Shown piece after piece: positions 28,783 through 38,245 of a stretch of 64,000 nt of DNA (position 1 is its first letter; each line of letters starts with the position of its first letter). The DNA is from Sulfurovum sp. (lineage in GTDB: Bacteria > Campylobacterota > Campylobacteria > Campylobacterales > Sulfurovaceae): contig JAIZOF010000001.1 in the NCBI GenBank assembly GCA_020525365.1, forward strand, positions 889,456-953,455, written 5' to 3'. The notes beneath the pieces were generated by a model. That model was not told where the DNA came from. It worked only from the letters and a program-made list of their open reading frames with translations, and ran no database searches. The position numbers and the translations under genes were made by a program.

Positions 28783-29846
28783 AGAGTTATAGAATAGGTG
28801 TTATCAAAGGAGATGGTATTGGTCCTGAGATTATTGATGAAGCATTGAAGGTACTTGATGCAGTATCAGTTTCACAGGCTTTTAATCTCAAGTATGAAGA
28901 GATGCTACTTGGTGGTGCTGCTATTGATGAGACTGGTATACCGCTTCCCGAAGAAACTATCCAAGGAGTTAAGAAGTGTGATGCTGTACTTTTTGGAGCA
29001 ATTGGTGGTTCCAAGTGGGACAATCTCGAGCGGCATCTAAGACCTGAAACAGGGCTATTGGGACTTCGTAAAGAGATGGGGACTTTTGCTAATCTTAGAC
29101 CAGCAATAGTTTATGATGAACTAATCAATGCTTCTAGCCTTAAGCCAGGTGTGATTCGGGGTGTAGATATTATGGTTGTTCGCGAACTGACAGGCGGTAT
29201 CTACTTTGGTCAGCCCAGAGAACTATATGAAGATAAAGCTTTTAATACAATGGTTTATACCAAGGAAGAGGTTAGACGTATTGCTATGATTGCCTTTGAT
29301 ATCGCAATGAAGCGCAAAAAACGTATTTGTTCTGTAGATAAAGCCAATGTTCTCGAGGTCAGTCAATTCTGGAGAGAGACAGTTGAAGAGGTTGCCAAGG
29401 ACTATCCAGAAGTAGAGCTGAGCCATATGTATGTTGACAATGCTTCGATGCAACTTATTCGTGATCCCAAACAGTTTGATGTGATTTTAACTGGTAATAT
29501 TTTTGGCGATATTCTCTCGGATGCTGCTTCGATGCTTTCTGGCTCTATTGGGCTGTTGCCAAGTGCAAGTATAGGAAAAGGTATAGGGCTTTTTGAGCCT
29601 ATTCATGGTTCTGCACCAGATATTGCAGGGCAAGGTATTGCTAATCCGCTAGCAACTATCTCAAGTGCAAGTATGCTGCTTCGCTATGCACTTGATGAGC
29701 AAGAAGCAGCGGACTGTATCGATGAGGCAATTAAAAAAACACTAGCAGAAGGATATAGAACTGGAGATATTGGTGACTATGATGCCAAAGAGATTGTTAC
29801 CTGCTCAGAGATGGGAGATATCGTTGCCAACTATGCATCGAAATAG
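28779..29846 (+). CDS. leuB: 3-isopropylmalate dehydrogenase
   Basis: 355 aa with GDGIGPEI and NIFGDILSD motifs. 4-nt overlap with leuD. Confidence 0.95.
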   Translation: MKSYRIGVIKGDGIGPEIIDEALKVLDAVSVSQAFNLKYEEMLLGGAAIDETGIPLPEETIQGVKKCDAVLFGAIGGSKWDNLERHLRPETGLLGLRKEMGTFANLRPAIVYDELINASSLKPGVIRGVDIMVVRELTGGIYFGQPRELYEDKAFNTMVYTKEEVRRIAMIAFDIAMKRKKRICSVDKANVLEVSQFWRETVEEVAKDYPEVELSHMYVDNASMQLIRDPKQFDVILTGNIFGDILSDAASMLSGSIGLLPSASIGKGIGLFEPIHGSAPDIAGQGIANPLATISSASMLLRYALDEQEAADCIDEAIKKTLAEGYRTGDIGDYDAKEIVTCSEMGDIVANYASK

Positions 29847-29855
29847 AGACTAGCT

Positions 29856-29873
29856 CTATCAATATATTGATAG
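29856..29873. other. Perfect 18-bp palindrome CTATCAATATATTGATAG between leuB and purU
   Basis: Read directly from the sequence, 10 nt after the leuB stop. There is no T-tract, so it is not a convincing intrinsic terminator. Confidence 0.6.
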
Positions 29874-29909
29874 AAAGCAGTATAAGAGTTTTGAAAAGAA
29901 AGAGGAAGA

Positions 29910-30746
29910 ATGGAAACCAGAGTACGTGTACTCATTGACTGTCATGATGCCAAAGGGTTGGTTTATAAGATATCCAAGGTTTTTTATGACCGTAATTTAA
30001 ATATTGATTCTAACCGTGAATTTGTTGACCAAGAAAAAAAGAAATTTTTCATGCGTACTGTGGTAAGTGGAATATTTGAGATAGATGAACTCGATGCGGC
30101 ACTGCGTAAAGTTTCTCCTCATGATGCCCATATACGTGTTATTGCACCTTATGATAAGAAGATTGTATTATTGGCAACTAAGGAGTCCCATGCGCTTGGA
30201 GATATCCTTATTCGGCATGCAGCAGGAGAACTAGGAGCGACGATTGAGTGCGTTATTGCTAATCATGAAACCCTGCGTGATCTTGTAGAACGTTTCTGTA
30301 TTCCTTTTTATCATATTTCTACTGAGGGGCTTGAACGTGAAGCACATGAAGCCAAAGTGATGGAAAAAATAGATGAACATAATTTTGACTACATTGTTCT
30401 TGCAAAATATATGCGTATATTGACCCCATCATTTGTTTCTGCCTATCCTGAGCGCATTATTAATATCCACCACTCTTTCCTTCCAGCATTTATTGGTGCA
30501 AATCCCTATAAGCAGGCATATGAGAGAGGGGTAAAGATTATTGGTGCGACAGCACATTTTGTTACCAATGATCTTGATGAGGGTCCAATCATTGCACAAG
30601 ATGTCATCCCTGTTAACCATCGTTTTGGCTGGCATGACATGCAACGTGCAGGGCGTGATGTAGAAAAAATAGTATTGTCACGTGCACTCAATCTTGTATT
30701 GCATGATCGTATCTTTATTAATGGTAATAAAACAATCATTTTTTAG
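29910..30746 (+). CDS. purU: Formyltetrahydrofolate deformylase
   Basis: 278 aa. N-terminal ACT-like domain plus a formyltransferase core (INIHHSFLPAF, HFVTNDLDEGPII). Confidence 0.9.
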   Translation: METRVRVLIDCHDAKGLVYKISKVFYDRNLNIDSNREFVDQEKKKFFMRTVVSGIFEIDELDAALRKVSPHDAHIRVIAPYDKKIVLLATKESHALGDILIRHAAGELGATIECVIANHETLRDLVERFCIPFYHISTEGLEREAHEAKVMEKIDEHNFDYIVLAKYMRILTPSFVSAYPERIINIHHSFLPAFIGANPYKQAYERGVKIIGATAHFVTNDLDEGPIIAQDVIPVNHRFGWHDMQRAGRDVEKIVLSRALNLVLHDRIFINGNKTIIF

Positions 30747-30830
30747 TGAGATATGAAAAAATGAGAAATCAAAGAGAAGCTACATACTATTTTATAGAGT
30801 TTGTTTATTATTCTTTAGTTGGAAGTATCA

Positions 30831-31325
30831 ATGTTTAATGTAGTATTGGTTAAACCACAGATTCCTCAAAATACTGGCACGATTGGTCGCATTTGCGTTA
30901 ATCTTGGTGCAACACTACATTTGATTGAGCCACTTGGTTTCGATATAGATGATAAGGCTGTCAAGAGAGCTGGTTTAGACTACTGGAAAGAACTTGATTT
31001 AATTGTATGGGAGAGTTTTGATATGTTTCTTAAATCTCATCCTATTGGAAAGAATAGCTATATGGCAACAACCAAGACAGACAACCTCTACTTTTCTACC
31101 CCATTTCAAAAAGGAGATTTCATTCTTTTTGGTTCAGAGACTAAAGGAATTGATGAACACATACTTTTGAAGCATCCTCAACAATGCATCACTATTCCTA
31201 TGGGTTCTAAGGGTCGAAGTCTAAACCTTGGCGTAAGCGTAGGTGTAGTACTTTACGATGCAGTGCGCCAGAACTATAAGGGGTTTGAGAAAATCACTAT
31301 TCCCAATACCCTAAAGGAGACTTGA
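30831..31325 (+). CDS. trmL: tRNA (cytidine/uridine-2'-O)-methyltransferase TrmL (SpoU family)
   Basis: MFNVVLVKPQIPQNTGTIGR, FGSETKGI and SLNLGVSVGVVLY. ATG 30831 is preferred over TTG 30819. Confidence 0.85.
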   Translation: MFNVVLVKPQIPQNTGTIGRICVNLGATLHLIEPLGFDIDDKAVKRAGLDYWKELDLIVWESFDMFLKSHPIGKNSYMATTKTDNLYFSTPFQKGDFILFGSETKGIDEHILLKHPQQCITIPMGSKGRSLNLGVSVGVVLYDAVRQNYKGFEKITIPNTLKET

Positions 31326-31474
31326 TGTCATTTGGAGACTATGTCTATATTGTTGTGGCACTACTCTTTTCTTACATGACCCTCACAATTGTACGAAATA
31401 ATTTTTTATCTAAATTTGACAAAGAGGGAAACCGTAAAGACCTTGAAGAGAATAGGGTGAACAAAGAGAGCTAA
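31325..31474 (+). CDS. Untracked 49-aa single-TM small protein coupled to trmL
   Basis: Hand translation gives MSFGDYVYIVVALLFSYMTLTIVRNNFLSKFDKEGNRKDLEENRVNKES. Its ATG shares one nucleotide with the trmL TGA (TGATG). Confidence 0.4.
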   Translation: MSFGDYVYIVVALLFSYMTLTIVRNNFLSKFDKEGNRKDLEENRVNKES

Positions 31475-31535
31475 CCCCCTATTTACCAACATTTCGATAA
31501 AATAATCCCCATTATCTCCCAAGAGGATTATCAAA

Positions 31536-33584
31536 ATGACACAACCATTATTGATTGAGGTTGGGGTAGAGGAACTGCCTGCGATCCCATTGCTTAAGAT
31601 TGTCAAGAATATCGAAGTTTCATGGAAAAAAATACTCGATGAGTATAAGCTTAGTAGCGACTTTAGCTTTGTTTATACTCCAAGAAGATTAGTACTTCAA
31701 CACAAAGCTATACCCAAAAAACAAAAAGATAGCACTATTGAACTTATGGGACCCCCCATTACTACAGCATTTAGAGATGGAGAGCCAACGCAAGCAGCAT
31801 TAGGATTTGCAAGAAAATGTGGAGTAGACCTTTCTGTGTTAGGGTATAAAAAAAAAGGAGAAACTGAAGTACTCTATTTCAAAAAAGAGGAAAGAGGTGT
31901 AATAACTGAGAATCTGTTGGGCGAAATGGTAACTAAGTGGATTGCTTCAATGTCATTTGGAAAGATGATGCGCTGGGGAGAGAGAAGTGATGAATTTATT
32001 CGTCCTATACGTTGGCTTCAGGTACGTCTAGGGGAAACTTCTGTACCTGTAGAACTTTTTGGCATACAGAGTGATACTAAGACATATGTGCACCGCATGA
32101 TCAACTGTAATGCAGTAGAAATACCAACGATAGATATGTATGGGAGTGTACTTGAAGAAGGTGCAGTAATACTTGAGCCGGAAGTCCGTAAAAAGTTGAT
32201 ACTTGAGCAATTTGGTGTGCTTGAGGAGAAGTATAATATTGTTATTGAAAGAGACAATGCATTACTTGCTGAAATAGTTGCTATTACTGAAAACCCAAAG
32301 GCACTTATAGGAAATTTTGATGTTATGTTTCTCGAGCTTCCTCCTGAAGTAATCATCACTTCTATGAAGGAGCATCAGCGTTATTTCCCAGTTTTTGAGA
32401 ATGGTAATATTTCTAATAAATTTGTCGTGGTTTCCAATGCTTGCACCGATGATTACAGTAAAGTGATTTCGGGAAACGAAAGAGTACTAAGACCACGTCT
32501 GGCCGATGGACTCTTTTTCTATCATAATGATCTCAAAAAAGGACTTTCCGTAGAGGGGCTTGAGAAGGTACAGTTTATTGATGGACTAGGAATGCTTACA
32601 GACAAAATTAAACGTGAGAAGCATATTGCACTTAGGCTATTGGCACTCTATACGGATAGACTAGAAGCACTTACAGGCAAAGGTGCTATTGAGTTGGAAA
32701 AACTTATGGTCAGAGCAGTTGAACTTGCTAAAGCTGATTTGATGAGTGAAATGGTTTATGAGTTTACTGAACTTCAAGGGCTTATGGGTTACTACTATGC
32801 CAAAGCCCTTGGTGAAGACCCATTAATCTATAATGCTATCAAAGAACAATATATGCCAGTAGGTGAAGGTGCAGAACTTCCAAGCTCTCTTTTCTCTGCC
32901 ATTGTGGCGATGAGTATTAAACTTGATACACTACTAGGACTTTTTAGTGTAGGCAAGATTCCTACTGGCTCTAAAGACCCTTTTGCTCTCCGTCGTGCAG
33001 TTAATGGGATTATACGTATTGTAATCAATAATGATATCTCCTTTCATATTGACGATATGATTGAGTTACTCAAAGGAGAGTATGCTGAATTTGATACTAA
33101 ATTGCTCAAAGCTTTTATGATAGAGCGTATCAATAAGTTCCTTGATGTCAATCCTTCCGTTATTGCCGCAGTATTGGCAAGTGGTGAGTGTGATATTAAT
33201 GAGATTGCCAAGAAGGTTGTTGTGCTCAATGAGATTGTAACAGATGATGCATTTAAAGAGCAATTTAGTACCTTTAAACGTATAGCAAATATCTCCAAAG
33301 ATGTGAATCTAGAGAGCAACCTTATTGTTGACCCCTCTCTCTTTAAAGAAGATGCGGAGATACGTTTGTATAATGCCTACAATAGAGTGATTGATAGCAA
33401 CTATTTAGACTACAAAACAAGCCTTGAAGCACTCTTTGGACTCAAAGAAGAGCTTGAGAGCTACTTTAGCAACGTACTTGTTAATACAGAAGAGGAAGAG
33501 CTTAAGCAGAATAGATTATATATGATTGCTTTAATTTATAAGTCATTTAGGGATATTGCAGATATTAAGGAGATTGCGGTTTAG
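31536..33584 (+). CDS. glyS: Glycine-tRNA ligase beta subunit
   Basis: 682 aa. MTQPLLIEVGVEELP and the full-length GlyS pattern. Confidence 0.95.
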   Translation: MTQPLLIEVGVEELPAIPLLKIVKNIEVSWKKILDEYKLSSDFSFVYTPRRLVLQHKAIPKKQKDSTIELMGPPITTAFRDGEPTQAALGFARKCGVDLSVLGYKKKGETEVLYFKKEERGVITENLLGEMVTKWIASMSFGKMMRWGERSDEFIRPIRWLQVRLGETSVPVELFGIQSDTKTYVHRMINCNAVEIPTIDMYGSVLEEGAVILEPEVRKKLILEQFGVLEEKYNIVIERDNALLAEIVAITENPKALIGNFDVMFLELPPEVIITSMKEHQRYFPVFENGNISNKFVVVSNACTDDYSKVISGNERVLRPRLADGLFFYHNDLKKGLSVEGLEKVQFIDGLGMLTDKIKREKHIALRLLALYTDRLEALTGKGAIELEKLMVRAVELAKADLMSEMVYEFTELQGLMGYYYAKALGEDPLIYNAIKEQYMPVGEGAELPSSLFSAIVAMSIKLDTLLGLFSVGKIPTGSKDPFALRRAVNGIIRIVINNDISFHIDDMIELLKGEYAEFDTKLLKAFMIERINKFLDVNPSVIAAVLASGECDINEIAKKVVVLNEIVTDDAFKEQFSTFKRIANISKDVNLESNLIVDPSLFKEDAEIRLYNAYNRVIDSNYLDYKTSLEALFGLKEELESYFSNVLVNTEEEELKQNRLYMIALIYKSFRDIADIKEIAV

Positions 33585-33635
33585 TTGTACAAAAAGGGGA
33601 GTGTATGCTAAGCTTGAATACACAGCTTAAAAATA

Positions 33636-34769
33636 ATGTCTAAACTATACGATACTATTATTATTGGTGCAGGCATTACAGGGTGTTGTGCAGCATATGC
33701 TTTGCAACAAAAAGGACAAAAAGTATTACTAGTAGACCGTAGCAGTATGGCAGCAACAGGTGGTAGTGGAGCAGCAGGAGCATTTGTCTCTCCTAAAATT
33801 GGTAAAGGTGGGTCACTACAACAGTTGACCAATGAATCTTTTATCTATGCCAAAGAGTTCTATCAAAAGTATTTTCCAAACTACTTTCATCAAAGTGGTG
33901 TGATACGTATCCCTAAAGATGCAGAAGATGCTAAAAAGTTCAAAACCTATGAATATTACAATAATACTAGCTATCGATGGGTAAATTCTTCTAAACTTCA
34001 TATGCTAGGCATAAAAGAGAAGCATGATGCTTTTTTGTTCGAAGATGCAGGTGTATGTGATGCTCCTGAGCTTTGTAATGCCATTCTTCAGAAAGTACCC
34101 TTTAAACAGTTTAAAGTAGAGTATCTTACACACGATAAAATACGATGGCACCTTTTTGATACCAAACATCAAGTACTCAGCGCTACATATATTGTACTCT
34201 CCACTGGCTATGAAAATACTCTTTTAGATATGCGTTATATGGATGTACGTGGTACGTGGGGAAGTCGGGGTGATTACTTTTCTAAATTATCACTTAATGT
34301 GAGTATGCACAAAAAGATCTCCATTTCTGCCAATATTAATGGAATTATTAAATTGGGGGCAACACATGTTAAAGTTAAAGAACCTTGCATGGTATGTGAT
34401 GGCAAGCCATTGTATATACTAGAAGAGCAAGCCATGCAAATAGTTGATATATCTGATTTTGTACTTAAGGAGACCTTTTGCGGTATGCGTGCGGGAAGTA
34501 GGGATTATTTTCCACTGGTTGGTAAAGTGATTGATGTGCCTCATATGCTTAAACACTATCCTAATATTACTTATGGTGCCAAGCCTCTACTGAAATATTT
34601 TAAAAATCTATTTATTCTTAATGGAGTGGGAGGTCGTGGTTTTGTTTTTGCCCCATTGATGGCAAAATGGCTTTCTGAGTTAATTATAGAAGATAAAGAG
34701 ATAGATAAACGGGTTAATCCAGATAGATTATTTTTAAAATGGGCAAGAAAACTTAAGGGTACTCTCTAG
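33636..34769 (+). CDS. FAD-dependent (DAO-family) oxidoreductase, probably the stand-alone MnmC oxidoreductase domain
   Basis: 377 aa with Rossmann motif IIIGAGITGCCAAYAL. The C-terminal GVGGRGFVFAPLMAKWLSE...NPDRLFLKWARKLKG resembles, from memory, the C-terminus of E. coli MnmC. Confidence 0.6.
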   Translation: MSKLYDTIIIGAGITGCCAAYALQQKGQKVLLVDRSSMAATGGSGAAGAFVSPKIGKGGSLQQLTNESFIYAKEFYQKYFPNYFHQSGVIRIPKDAEDAKKFKTYEYYNNTSYRWVNSSKLHMLGIKEKHDAFLFEDAGVCDAPELCNAILQKVPFKQFKVEYLTHDKIRWHLFDTKHQVLSATYIVLSTGYENTLLDMRYMDVRGTWGSRGDYFSKLSLNVSMHKKISISANINGIIKLGATHVKVKEPCMVCDGKPLYILEEQAMQIVDISDFVLKETFCGMRAGSRDYFPLVGKVIDVPHMLKHYPNITYGAKPLLKYFKNLFILNGVGGRGFVFAPLMAKWLSELIIEDKEIDKRVNPDRLFLKWARKLKGTL

Positions 34770-34784
34770 AAATATTTTAAAAAT

Positions 34785-35540
34785 CTATTTCCATAGTTCC
34801 CACTCTGGTATTTCTGAAATATGAGGAAAACCATCAAGTATCTCTTGTGGTTGAAATTTGGACTTATAGGAAAAGGCTTTGCAGCCATCTACCCAGTAAC
34901 CAAGATAGATATAAGGTAGTTCAAGAATTTGTGCCAGTTTGATTTGGTAGAGTAAGGAATAGGTACCAAGCGATAAATGCCCATAGTCAGGGTTATAGTA
35001 GAAGTAGATGGCACTAATACCATCATCAAGAATATCGATAAGATCAACACCAATTAGCTTTTCATCAACGATATAAAGTATCTCTTTGCCAAAATCATGT
35101 GCGCCATCTACAAAGTTCTCATGGTATTCGCGATGTGAGATATTACGGTGGCTCCAGCCATCTTTTTGATGTTTGTAAGCATGGTATTTGTTGTAGAGGT
35201 CAAGGTGCGCTTGTGTTAAAGTTGGTTTTTGAATGATGATTTGTGTCTCTTTATTTTTTCGAATTACTTTGCGCTGTGATTTACTAAATATATAATTAGG
35301 TACATCAATTCGGATACTTTTACATGCATCACAACCATTACAGATAGGATGAAAGAAGTATTTTCCAAAACGTCTCCATCCTCTGGCAATGATAGCAGTA
35401 GTAAAAGTTTTGGAGGCGTTTTGAATATATTTATAATACATACGTACCAATTGGTTTGGAAGATAGGCACACTCATAGTCAAGCATAGAGAAATCTGTTG
35501 ATGGTGGGTTGAGTAAGTCCATATGTCGTTCTTCATTCAT
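34785..35540 (-). CDS. bpt: Arginyl/leucyl-tRNA-protein transferase (Bpt / ATE family)
   Basis: Motifs CAYLPNQ, RGWRRFGKYFFHP.C..C.AC and LGYWV. ATG at 35540 (MNEERHM...) is preferred. The track extension to 35816 overlaps the divergent gene. Confidence 0.85.
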   Translation of the reverse strand: MNEERHMDLLNPPSTDFSMLDYECAYLPNQLVRMYYKYIQNASKTFTTAIIARGWRRFGKYFFHPICNGCDACKSIRIDVPNYIFSKSQRKVIRKNKETQIIIQKPTLTQAHLDLYNKYHAYKHQKDGWSHRNISHREYHENFVDGAHDFGKEILYIVDEKLIGVDLIDILDDGISAIYFYYNPDYGHLSLGTYSLLYQIKLAQILELPYIYLGYWVDGCKAFSYKSKFQPQEILDGFPHISEIPEWELWK

Positions 35541-35607
35541 AATGGCGATTATACTCAAACTATTGTAAAATTTATAGACTTTTTCTTTAAAAAAGGAGAG
35601 AAACAAT

Positions 35608-36351
35608 ATGACATTTTTTATCCTCATTATTGGTAGTGAGATACTCAACAGACGACGCGCTGATGCACACTTCAATTTTGTGACCAAAACACTTGAATCC
35701 AAAGGCCATACTCTCTCTGGTTCCTTTGTTATTGCAGATAATCCAGCATTGATTGTTAATACCATCAAATTCATTGCTTCACATGCCAACCCTATACTCT
35801 TTAGTTTTGGTGGCATTGGCTCTACACCCGATGATTATACCAGACGATGTGTTGCTATTGCACTACGAAATGGAAAGATGAGAGTACACAAAGAGGCAAG
35901 ACGGATTATTAAAGAGACACTAGGAGAGCGTGCCTATCCATATTCCATTAAAATGGCAGAGCTTCCGCAGGGTGCAAAGCTACTTGGCAATCCAGTTAAT
36001 AATATGCCAGCATTTTATCTTGATGACCGGTACTTCTTTATGCCAGGATTTCCTGAGATGAGCCATCCAATGGTTAACTACATTTTAGAGAATATTTTGC
36101 CAGAAGATACACCCACTTATCGCTACACCCTTACTGCACAGTGTAGAGAGAATGAATTTATTGAATTAATGAAGAAGACGCCAGAGGAAGTTGAAGTTTC
36201 TTCTCTTCCAAAACTACATGACGGTAAAGGGTGGCAGGTAAGTCTCTCGGTTGCCTCCAAAGACGATATGCTTACTGCAAAAGTCTTCAGCGACTATGTT
36301 AATCTTCTTGAAAATAAAAAAATACCTTTTGTTCTCGAAGATGAAGCCTAA
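35608..36351 (+). CDS. CinA-like / MoCF-biosynthesis (molybdopterin-binding) domain protein
   Basis: 247 aa. IIGSEIL and FSFGGIGSTPDDYT motifs of the MoCF_biosynth/CinA N-terminal domain. Confidence 0.7.
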   Translation: MTFFILIIGSEILNRRRADAHFNFVTKTLESKGHTLSGSFVIADNPALIVNTIKFIASHANPILFSFGGIGSTPDDYTRRCVAIALRNGKMRVHKEARRIIKETLGERAYPYSIKMAELPQGAKLLGNPVNNMPAFYLDDRYFFMPGFPEMSHPMVNYILENILPEDTPTYRYTLTAQCRENEFIELMKKTPEEVEVSSLPKLHDGKGWQVSLSVASKDDMLTAKVFSDYVNLLENKKIPFVLEDEA

Positions 36352-36510
36352 TGTGTCATACTGTTGTATTGATAAAAACCCTGCCTATCTTTTTTCCCTT
36401 TATTTTATGGATCCAAAGTAAAATTTGATGAACTATTTATGGTTTTTATGCTACTATCTCCACACTAAAAATTTTTGAAGATTAATAATCTTCGTCCAAG
36501 GAGATACCCT

Positions 36511-37029
36511 ATGGATATTGCTAAAATTGGATCAGGAGAATGTCCAAATGCAGTTAAAGCTATTATAGAAGTGCCGCTTAATTCAAATATCAAATACGAA
36601 ATAGATAAAGACTCAGGTGCCGTCGAGGTGGATCGGGTGCTTTATTCTGCTATGCACTATCCTGCAAACTATGGATTTGTTGCCAACACACTTTCGGATG
36701 ATGGTGACCCAGCAGATGTATTGATTCTGTGCGATTATTCACTTCAGGCGGGTAGCTATATTAAATGTAGATTAGTTGGTGTTCTTATGACAGAAGATGA
36801 ATCAGGTGGAGATGAGAAATTACTTGCTGTTCCAACAGAGAAGATTGATCCAACCTATGCAAAAATACAGGATCTTAACGATGTACCTGAGCATACACTT
36901 AACCGTATCAAGAACTTCTTTGAAACTTACAAGATTCTTGAGCCCAATAAGTGGGTGAAGGTTAGTGGATTTAAAGACAAAGCTGCTGCAACTGAAATCT
37001 TAGAAAAAGCAATCAAGAATTATAAATAA
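36511..37029 (+). CDS. ppa: Inorganic pyrophosphatase
   Basis: Motifs IIEVPLNSNIKYEIDKDSG, YPANYGFV and DGDPADVLIL. ATG 36511 has an AAGGAG SD. Confidence 0.95.
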   Translation: MDIAKIGSGECPNAVKAIIEVPLNSNIKYEIDKDSGAVEVDRVLYSAMHYPANYGFVANTLSDDGDPADVLILCDYSLQAGSYIKCRLVGVLMTEDESGGDEKLLAVPTEKIDPTYAKIQDLNDVPEHTLNRIKNFFETYKILEPNKWVKVSGFKDKAAATEILEKAIKNYK

Positions 37030-37051
37030 TAGTTTGTTACCAATTATTTTT

Positions 37052-38245
37052 TTAGAGTTCTATCTCTCGTTTACGATTATTGAGATACCGCTGTATTCCT
37101 TCAGAAATTCCTTTGGCAATGAGTTCCTGATATTCAGATGTAAAAAGTCTTGCACGTTCTCTTGGATGAGAGAGGTATCCTACTTCTACAAGAATAGAAG
37201 GGCGGCTGGCACCTACTAGTACCCAAAAAGGTGCATGTCTCACACCGCCATCATTGATACCTTTATAGTGTGCCCTAAGATTGGCGAGTATGCGTTGCTG
37301 TACATCGATGGCAAGCTTATTACTCTCAATAATTTTTGGACCATTGAGTACCGAATCTATAATTACTCTTTTGCTCAAAGAGGTGCCTGCACCCTTGAGT
37401 ACTGCTCTGTTTTCACGTGCAGCAATACGTTGAGACTTGGCATCTCTGGTTTTTTGTAAATAAAATGTCTCTATACCGTGTATCTTGTTTCGTTTATTTC
37501 TAGGTACAGAGTTGGCATGAATGGAAACAAAAATACGTGCATTCTTTTTATCTGCAATATGTGTACGTTGTCTTAGCTTAAGAAATTTATCTATTCTTCT
37601 TGTCATATAAACTCTATAGCCATGCTTCTTAAGCTGTCTCTCTACACGTCTAGCAATTTGAAGTACAAGATCTTTTTCGCGTTTTCCACCACTTACAGCT
37701 CCTACATCATGTCCACCATGTCCTGCATCTATGACAATGAGCTCTTTTTTTCCCTTAGTATAAATATATTTGGGTGTATGAATCGTATAGGTCTTTGAAA
37801 TGGAAGTTCTTTTTTTCTTTTTTTCTTTTTTTCTTTTATGTGTTTTATGTTTCACCCTGAAGGAAGGAAGTGGGATATGGTAGACATTGTATGCAAAAAA
37901 TGAACGGTATGGCTTGCAGTTATACTTTTTTCCTGTTTCTAATGTGATTCGTACTGTATTTTTCTTATATTGGGAAATACGTATAGAGTAACAGTGTGGA
38001 CTAATTAGGTTTTTTCCAATATGACTATGTTTAAGTCTTGCATTGGGGATATCAAAGACTTCTCGATATGGATGTTTGAGTGTAAAGTGTCGTATCTTTC
38101 CCTTATCATAAGAGCCATTAAAATGGAGCTGAAGCTCCCTTTTTTTTAGCTCTGCTTTTTCCAATATGGCTATAGATGCAAAAGCCCATACTGTACCAAG
38201 AAACAAAAAAAATAAGAGGCGTTTCACGCTATTGTTCTTCTCCAT
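37052..38245 (-). CDS. amiA: N-acetylmuramoyl-L-alanine amidase
   Basis: 397 aa with a signal peptide and an Amidase_3 core (VIDAGHGGHDVGA...SIHANS). Synteny with NMO-tyrS-spoT matches Helicobacter. Confidence 0.85.
   Translation of the reverse strand: MEKNNSVKRLLFFLFLGTVWAFASIAILEKAELKKRELQLHFNGSYDKGKIRHFTLKHPYREVFDIPNARLKHSHIGKNLISPHCYSIRISQYKKNTVRITLETGKKYNCKPYRSFFAYNVYHIPLPSFRVKHKTHKRKKEKKKKRTSISKTYTIHTPKYIYTKGKKELIVIDAGHGGHDVGAVSGGKREKDLVLQIARRVERQLKKHGYRVYMTRRIDKFLKLRQRTHIADKKNARIFVSIHANSVPRNKRNKIHGIETFYLQKTRDAKSQRIAARENRAVLKGAGTSLSKRVIIDSVLNGPKIIESNKLAIDVQQRILANLRAHYKGINDGGVRHAPFWVLVGASRPSILVEVGYLSHPRERARLFTSEYQELIAKGISEGIQRYLNNRKREIEL

Noticed and set aside
31848-31856. A9 homopolymer inside glyS, and T9 near 3943 in the sqr/ABC divergent spacer, as possible phase-variation tracts
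   Set aside because: A/T runs of this length are common in AT-rich genomes. The glyS run encodes in-frame Lys codons of an essential gene. No long poly-G/C tracts of the kind used for phase variation in Campylobacter and Helicobacter were seen.
35541-35816. 92-codon N-terminal extension of the bpt ORF in the track (MPPKLKS...)
   Set aside because: The extension runs across the divergent cinA-like gene start and its promoter and has no ATE-family similarity. The internal ATG at 35540 gives a normal-length Bpt.
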